Origin: Candidatus Aenigmatarchaeota archaeon
GTDB lineage: Archaea; Aenigmatarchaeota; Aenigmatarchaeia; CG10238-14; SCSR01
Length of the DNA: 44,067 bases
Direction of reading: 5' to 3'
NCBI GenBank assembly: GCA_039090665.1
Contig: JAWCSL010000006.1
Span: forward strand, 1 to 44,067
This document shows, piece after piece, positions 38,250 to 44,067 of the stretch (position 1 is its first letter; each line of letters begins with the position of its first letter). The position numbers were made by a program, and so were the translations under genes. Under the pieces are notes generated by a model, which made no database searches, was not told where the DNA came from, and saw only the letters and a list, made by a program, of their open reading frames with translations.

Positions 38250-39767
38250 CTACCACACTTTTATATGTAAATAAATTATTTCACCTCTCCAACTCGGTAT
38301 AGGAAGTGGGGCAAAAAATGTTATTAACCTTTCTGTATTTTTTGGTTTGTAACCAAATTCTACACTTTTTCCTATTGTTATCGGTGGTGTGTTATAACTT
38401 GTGAAGAAATTGTAAACATAGTGTCCTGAACCAAACTTGCTCCCTATTTCAAATTTCAAGTCTTTATCAAACCTTTGTATTTCTCTGTCAAGGCAAGTGA
38501 CCCAAATTTTGCCCAAGATATCTATACCAACTCCTGTTGGTTGTCTGCAAGTAGAACTTCTGCCCAATTCATTTCCTTCTTTGTCATATTTCACTATCAA
38601 ATTTTTTGCTGAAGAAACAGCATAGATGTTTTCTTCACCATCAACAATCACTCCTCTGCCTTGATATAGCTCTGGTTTTTGTAAGTTGAAAATGATAGAA
38701 TTTGTTGTAGTGTTGACTTTTATCAATCTCGAATCCTCATAAGCATTAATTACAAGACAGTCCTCCAAATAACAAGGTGCAATTCCATAAACTTTGTATC
38801 CTATATTTATTACCTTGAATTCTTCTGTTTGAGGATCAAACTTGACTAGCTTAAGCTGATGGACGCCAGAAATCCAAACTATACCATTTTTATCAACAAA
38901 GCATCCATAAGGATTAATTCCAACTTGACTCAAGTCCCATTCTTTTAAAACTTGACCATCGTTTGAAACTTTGAAAAATTTTCTCTCTCTATAGAGACCT
39001 GCATAAACAACATTTTCTTTTTCACTGAAACAAACTGCCCTCACACCTTCTGCTCCAAATCCTCCATAATCATTACCCCCTAAAAAAACTTCAGCTAAAA
39101 GACACTCATCCTTACCAAATGGAAGAACCTCATTATCATCTATTAATCCATTGCCATTCAAATCTTCGGAAGTTTCTATCTTACTATTACCGTTCTTATC
39201 CACACATTGACCATTCTCTTTTAAACCGATTTTTACCAAAGTTCTTGTCCCTCTATTACCAACCCAAACATTCCCGTTTTTATCTATGGATACTCGAGAT
39301 GGGTTTCCATTTCTGTTTGCGGGCACAGTATAATACTTCCCAAGTTCCCTTCCATCAATAATTGAAATTTTTGAAATAGAATTTTCATCACCAGAATTTG
39401 GTATCCAAAGCACATGAAAAATTTCTGTTCTTGCTGTAAGATTTAAATTCCATCTATCTTGGAAGTGAGAATCAAAATAATCGTAAACCAATTTGGTCAC
39501 ATTTATTCCACCATATTTTTCTCCATAATCTACAACATCTTCACCACCATTAACAATCATGTCACCAAGCAATTGACCATAAGTTTTGTCAAATTTTGGA
39601 ATTTTTGTGTAAAGGAAATTCCTTGTAGCTTCAACTACTCTTTCATACTCGTGTTGAGTTGAAACCATGCTTACAGATTGTTGAGTTCTTGAAGAAAAGA
39701 AAAAGTAAGAGATGAAGATTAAGATTGAAATGCCAACTACCAAAATTAACAAATCCATTAGCTCCAT
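38250..39767 (-). CDS. membrane-anchored beta-propeller (Vgb/NHL-like) surface protein; possible upstream CTG start at 39782
   Basis: Repeated 'D..G.VW' blades; DxNxNG Ca-binding-like loops (DKNGN, DLNGNG); N-terminal TM. Confidence 0.7.
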   Translation of the reverse strand: MELMDLLILVVGISILIFISYFFFSSRTQQSVSMVSTQHEYERVVEATRNFLYTKIPKFDKTYGQLLGDMIVNGGEDVVDYGEKYGGINVTKLVYDYFDSHFQDRWNLNLTARTEIFHVLWIPNSGDENSISKISIIDGRELGKYYTVPANRNGNPSRVSIDKNGNVWVGNRGTRTLVKIGLKENGQCVDKNGNSKIETSEDLNGNGLIDDNEVLPFGKDECLLAEVFLGGNDYGGFGAEGVRAVCFSEKENVVYAGLYRERKFFKVSNDGQVLKEWDLSQVGINPYGCFVDKNGIVWISGVHQLKLVKFDPQTEEFKVINIGYKVYGIAPCYLEDCLVINAYEDSRLIKVNTTTNSIIFNLQKPELYQGRGVIVDGEENIYAVSSAKNLIVKYDKEGNELGRSSTCRQPTGVGIDILGKIWVTCLDREIQRFDKDLKFEIGSKFGSGHYVYNFFTSYNTPPITIGKSVEFGYKPKNTERLITFFAPLPIPSWRGEIIYLHIKVW

Positions 39768-39778
39768 GGTTTGAGCTT

Positions 39779-41200
39779 TCAGACTATCACCTCTAAAACA
39801 TTATCCAGGTTTTTCGTGTATATTTTATATCTACCTGGCGAGAGACTTGAAAATTCTATCTTTTTGTTGCAAGCAAGTTTCTGACAAATTTTCTTTCCCT
39901 CGATTTCTAAACATATTTTATTTGTCAAAGGTTCAAGAGAAATTGGATAATGAAATGTGAAGATGTTTTGAAAATCAGTGTTTGTTAAACAGCTTCTGTC
40001 CAAGAAGCCTCTGAATTCTTCTAGCTCACCATCCACAATTCTTATTGTCATTTTTCCAGGAATTGTTGTTGTTCCATCAATAAAAACATTTATCGGAACA
40101 GAAATTGAAAAAGCCAATCTTAAAGCTTCTTTTTCTGAAAATTCTAAATCACCAAATTCCCATGTCATTGAAGGAATTTCGACTTCAAGAGTTTCTCTTG
40201 GTTGTGAGACAAGTTCTTCACATGTTCTTGCATCGAAGAATTGTCCATTGGTTATTGACGCTATCTCTTCAAGCCTTGCCACATCCGCCTCTGAACCATA
40301 TGCAACTGTATAAACTGGGATGTTTGTAGATTTGTAATTGTTTGCAATTTCTATACTTGAACCACACATATTTTCAATCCCATCTGTAAGTAAGACTATG
40401 GCTTGGCCGCCATTAGAAATAGCATATTCGAATCCTTTTTTAAGACCAGGTGCCATAGGAGTCTTGTCATAAGGATAAAGCGAAGAAATTTTGGATTTCA
40501 AATTTTCTCTAACGGAAAAACTATTTAACTTCGTAAACGGAAAGAGCAATTTCGGATCGCAGTCATTCTCATCTCCATAGGGGATTACAGCAATTTCGCT
40601 ATCATCACTCATTTTTTCAATGAAACCATAGATGAAAAGCTTTAAACAACAAATTTTTGTATTTTTTCTCACATCAACATCACATTTTCCACCAGGGTCA
40701 CCCATACTACCGGAAACATCTAGAACAAAAACCACTTTTTTGCCATCTATGAGAGAAAGTAATTTTCCGAAAACACCTTCTTTTTTTCCAACTTCGGCTG
40801 AACTTATTTTCAAAGGAAATGTCTCTACATCAACTCTATAGCCAAAATCAAAATCTCTTGCACAATCTGGTTGAATTTCACTAAATCTTAAAAAGTCATC
40901 GAGCTTTCTTTTGTCCAAAATTCTATGAGAGCTCAGCTCTATTATTCTATTTTCCAAACTACCTTTTTCCTTATAAGCTAAGCACCTTACATCACCTGCA
41001 AGAACATCTAGCAATCTGTTTGCCCTGTTCTTGAGCAATAAATTTCTTTCTTGTTGGGCTGAAGCTAAGTTGGAGAAAAAAATTCTGTTTATGAATATGG
41101 CTATACTTACTAACACCAGAATGATATAAATTCCTTTTATCAATAAGCTGGTTTGACCTTTCTTCTTACCATTCCCTTTCTTTTCCACTCCTTTCACCAA
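39779..41200 (-). CDS. von Willebrand factor A domain surface protein with class III signal
   Basis: KKKG-QTS plus TM; MIDAS VFVLDVSGSM, TP, LLTDG; VYTVAYG. Confidence 0.82.
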   Translation of the reverse strand: MVKGVEKKGNGKKKGQTSLLIKGIYIILVLVSIAIFINRIFFSNLASAQQERNLLLKNRANRLLDVLAGDVRCLAYKEKGSLENRIIELSSHRILDKRKLDDFLRFSEIQPDCARDFDFGYRVDVETFPLKISSAEVGKKEGVFGKLLSLIDGKKVVFVLDVSGSMGDPGGKCDVDVRKNTKICCLKLFIYGFIEKMSDDSEIAVIPYGDENDCDPKLLFPFTKLNSFSVRENLKSKISSLYPYDKTPMAPGLKKGFEYAISNGGQAIVLLTDGIENMCGSSIEIANNYKSTNIPVYTVAYGSEADVARLEEIASITNGQFFDARTCEELVSQPRETLEVEIPSMTWEFGDLEFSEKEALRLAFSISVPINVFIDGTTTIPGKMTIRIVDGELEEFRGFLDRSCLTNTDFQNIFTFHYPISLEPLTNKICLEIEGKKICQKLACNKKIEFSSLSPGRYKIYTKNLDNVLEVIV

Positions 41201-41201
41201 C

Positions 41202-41795
41202 TCAAATGATTGTTGTTACAGATAATACTTCTCTATCTTCAGAAATTATGCCGCACAAGCCTGTAGGAAATTCTAAAGATTTAAGCATGCAAACTCTCTT
41301 AACAGGTTTTCCTTGAAACACAGCAGGTGATGCTACAAATCTTGCAGCAGTAATTTCTGTTAAATTTTCTCCAATTCCAATTAAATATTCCTTAAAAAGA
41401 GATATGGCTTCTTCATCACTTATTTTCACTTCTGGCACCGTACAAGAGCGAGAAGTAATATTACAGACCATTCCTTCTATGTTACAATTACAATCAATAC
41501 AACAGTTCCATTCATCTTCCCCTATTTCACAAATCCCATTTCCACAACATTCTTTCAATTCAACACATTCACAAATATCATTGATGCACTTTTGCTCTTT
41601 ACATGTTCCACAACTCCCTTGACACTCTCCACAATCTTTCGGACAATTACATCTGTTTTCATTTTTTTCACAAATTCCATTTCCGCAATATTTTGAAATT
41701 TCACTTGTTCTTATCAAAATGTAAAAGACTATTACAAGAATAATTGCAACCAAAGCAATCAAAAGTAAAACTGTTACATTTTTTCTCTCTTCCAT
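41202..41795 (-). CDS. membrane-anchored Cys-rich protein with CGNGICE repeats
   Basis: Two CGNGICE..E...NC..DC repeats after the TM. Confidence 0.72.
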   Translation of the reverse strand: MEERKNVTVLLLIALVAIILVIVFYILIRTSEISKYCGNGICEKNENRCNCPKDCGECQGSCGTCKEQKCINDICECVELKECCGNGICEIGEDEWNCCIDCNCNIEGMVCNITSRSCTVPEVKISDEEAISLFKEYLIGIGENLTEITAARFVASPAVFQGKPVKRVCMLKSLEFPTGLCGIISEDREVLSVTTII

Positions 41796-41803
41796 ATAAA
41801 TCC

Positions 41804-43621
41804 CTATTTAATTCTTATGGATGGATCGCCATAAAGTTGAGTTTGATGGCCAATTCTATAAGAACAACCACCGCAAGTATCTATCATGCTCAAATACAAA
41901 TTCTTTCCTTTTATATAAGCATCGCCTATTGTTTGGGCTGTGAAAAAAGAGTTATAAATTTTGTCATACAAGCAAGATGTGCAACTCCCTAGACACGGAT
42001 CACTAGATGCATGAAATCCTAAGAAACCAAACCAACCAAATTGTGTTGCAGTTCCACCGAAATAAGCAATTGCTGGCTTTCCGTTTGTGTTTCCATTTAA
42101 GATGTTCAAAACAATTGAAGAAGAGAAATCAACATTATGGATTCTCCCACCATAACAAGGAACAGCGATAACCACTGTATCGCTCCAATCTCTCAGTTGA
42201 GTAGTTGAAGGCAATATGTTCACTCTGCCATTATCATCGCTAAATCTTTGAACATTGAAAGGATTGCCATGATGGAAAATATATGCCCACTTAGAATTAC
42301 TTCCCCAATCGGGACCTCCATTGTAATTTGGTGGAGAAATGTAGCAATTTGAATAAGAATTACAAGTAGAACCAAAATTTTTAATCATGAAAGCTTCTTC
42401 TGACTCATAAGCATAATTTGAGCTCCCCTGTTTTCCCATCATGTAAGCAAAAAATTTTCCATTGGGAGAAAATGTTCTCTCGTTTTTATGCAAAGGTATA
42501 GCAACTTCTTTCAAATAATTTCTAATCACATCATCATTATGGTCAATGCTGTCAGGTATTCTTCCGATAGCAACATCTGGTTTAGAATCGCTATCAATAT
42601 CAACATACCAATCATCACTGTAAAAATGTGAATAAAGTGGGTCATAGCATGTTGCTATTGGAACTTCTTTTTGTCTTATGTAGTTATGACCTCCCAATAT
42701 AACAACATATCTAGCATTATATTTGATCACACATTTTGGAATTATTTTCTGAGCATCTGAAGAAGGAACAGGCACACTAGAAGGAGAAAGATTTGTATCA
42801 CATTCTTTTACATCATTTTCCACATCTAGCTGAATTAGTTTTGGTGAATAGCCATCTGAAATCAAAGCTGATTTATATTCGTTTATCAAATCTTGCCCAA
42901 TTTTATATACTACTCCTGAAACTGTGATAATAAGAACATCAGCCCTTTTTTCACACTCATTCTCATATTCTTCTTCATCCATACATCTTGGGCTACTACC
43001 ATCTTTAGGTTGATCGCACCATTTTGGTTTATCCATAGGACAACAATGTCCATTAGTACAGACTGGTAAATCAGATGGACAGCAATCTCTTCCTAAAAAA
43101 TCTTTCTTAGCTTCTGGTGCTCCTGTACAAATCTTGTCTTGTGAGCAAATTGGTATCTCTTCACATTTTCCACTAGCTTGATTGCAATATCCAGAGCAAC
43201 AGAGTAAAGAATCTGAACAACTTTCTTCCAATTCTAGGCATCTACACATCAAAACTATTTTTCCCTCTTTCTTCAATACAAAAATCTTTTCACAATCTTC
43301 AAATTGATTTTCAACAATTTTTGGAGCTGTTTTTGAGAAGCTAGCCTGCTTTCCAGAAATTTTATCCAAAGCTCTAACGACATTGTTTTCAATTTCAACT
43401 TTGTATTGCTTGATAATTGGATAATAAATGAAAGCTGCATCGCCTGTTGTTCCTATAGCTCTATCAACTATTGATTCCAAATCTTTGATAAAGGCTGAAA
43501 TAACTTCCTCTTCACCTAGTTGTTGTTGAGCTATGTAAATTCCTCTTAGTTGAAAAGCTGTAATACCAACAGCAATCAATACACCAATAGTTAAAATAAT
43601 TTCTGTTGCTAAACCTTTCAC
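41804..43621 (-). CDS. class III signal protein with Cys-rich linker and C25 (gingipain-like) peptidase domain
   Basis: MKG-LATE plus TM; YVVILGG, SD.WY.D.D.D..PDVAIGRIP, HG, PCYGG and LYGDP motifs. Confidence 0.75.
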   Translation of the reverse strand: MKGLATEIILTIGVLIAVGITAFQLRGIYIAQQQLGEEEVISAFIKDLESIVDRAIGTTGDAAFIYYPIIKQYKVEIENNVVRALDKISGKQASFSKTAPKIVENQFEDCEKIFVLKKEGKIVLMCRCLELEESCSDSLLCCSGYCNQASGKCEEIPICSQDKICTGAPEAKKDFLGRDCCPSDLPVCTNGHCCPMDKPKWCDQPKDGSSPRCMDEEEYENECEKRADVLIITVSGVVYKIGQDLINEYKSALISDGYSPKLIQLDVENDVKECDTNLSPSSVPVPSSDAQKIIPKCVIKYNARYVVILGGHNYIRQKEVPIATCYDPLYSHFYSDDWYVDIDSDSKPDVAIGRIPDSIDHNDDVIRNYLKEVAIPLHKNERTFSPNGKFFAYMMGKQGSSNYAYESEEAFMIKNFGSTCNSYSNCYISPPNYNGGPDWGSNSKWAYIFHHGNPFNVQRFSDDNGRVNILPSTTQLRDWSDTVVIAVPCYGGRIHNVDFSSSIVLNILNGNTNGKPAIAYFGGTATQFGWFGFLGFHASSDPCLGSCTSCLYDKIYNSFFTAQTIGDAYIKGKNLYLSMIDTCGGCSYRIGHQTQLYGDPSIRIK

Positions 43622-43652
43622 AAATATCTTATTGGAAAAGCGAATAAAAAAA

Positions 43653-44066
43653 TCAACCGATTGTTATTAAAACTTCATCACCAGAAGTTTTATTTATCAA
43701 GAGTTCATAATCTCTTCTTGGTGGCCTTCCCAAAATTTTGTTAACAGCAACAAAAATGTCTTCATGTTCAGGTAAAACTCCCAAATGCGGCATTTGAATT
43801 CTACAATAGAACTGTCTTGGTGGCTCCGGGCAACACCTCAAAAATTGCTCGTCTTTGAGTTGCAAGCAAATGTTTCTTCCATAACTGATTTCTTGATTTT
43901 TTATTTTGTCTAAAACTGTTGGTAAGGCGTTGCTAACATCTTCTGTAGCATAAACTACTCTCACTATCATCGGGAAGCTATATTTTTTAACCAAATAATT
44001 TCCCAATTCTTGAAGACAAACTGTGTTGATATTAGAGCACAAATCTGAAAATTGTGCTAAAGCATC
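43653..44066 (-). CDS. 5'-truncated hypothetical protein
   Basis: Frame is open to the window end; co-oriented with the downstream surface cluster. Confidence 0.55.
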   Translation of the reverse strand, partial: DALAQFSDLCSNINTVCLQELGNYLVKKYSFPMIVRVVYATEDVSNALPTVLDKIKNQEISYGRNICLQLKDEQFLRCCPEPPRQFYCRIQMPHLGVLPEHEDIFVAVNKILGRPPRRDYELLINKTSGDEVLITIG

Positions 44067-44067
44067 T

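Noticed and set aside
36998..44067. Surface-protein cluster as an integrated mobile element or provirus
   Set aside because: No integrase, capsid, att repeat or tRNA fragment seen

Overview
AT-rich, gene-dense archaeal chromosomal segment. The gene content (topoisomerase VI, Alba, aIF-1A, S17e, EndA, S-layer, form III RuBisCO/AMP pathway, many Cys-rich surface proteins) is most consistent with a DPANN archaeon, possibly Aenigmarchaeota-like; this placement is inference. It holds about 50 CDS, an SRP RNA and eight tRNA genes. All eight tRNAs are interrupted by short (11-40 nt) introns, four at non-canonical positions. Main novel signal: the 37/38 introns of tRNA-Gln(UUG), tRNA-Leu(CAA) and tRNA-Trp(CCA) share a minimal layout of antisense guide, box D-like, 3-4 nt spacer and AAGAUGA box C-like. 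The guide co-varies with each host anticodon and places wobble position 34 at the D+5 methylation position, suggesting miniature self-targeting C/D guide introns. The splicing endonuclease in the window lacks the canonical catalytic Lys and has a Lys-containing loop insertion. Other points: a cluster of class III signal (pilin-like) surface proteins with gingipain, vWA and beta-propeller domains; a radical SAM protein with a degenerate Fe-S motif; a 30-aa polyacidic micro-ORF; other micro-ORFs missed by the ORF track; and nucleotide-identical tracts between the two AAA domains of cdc48. No CRISPR array, rRNA or transposase was seen.
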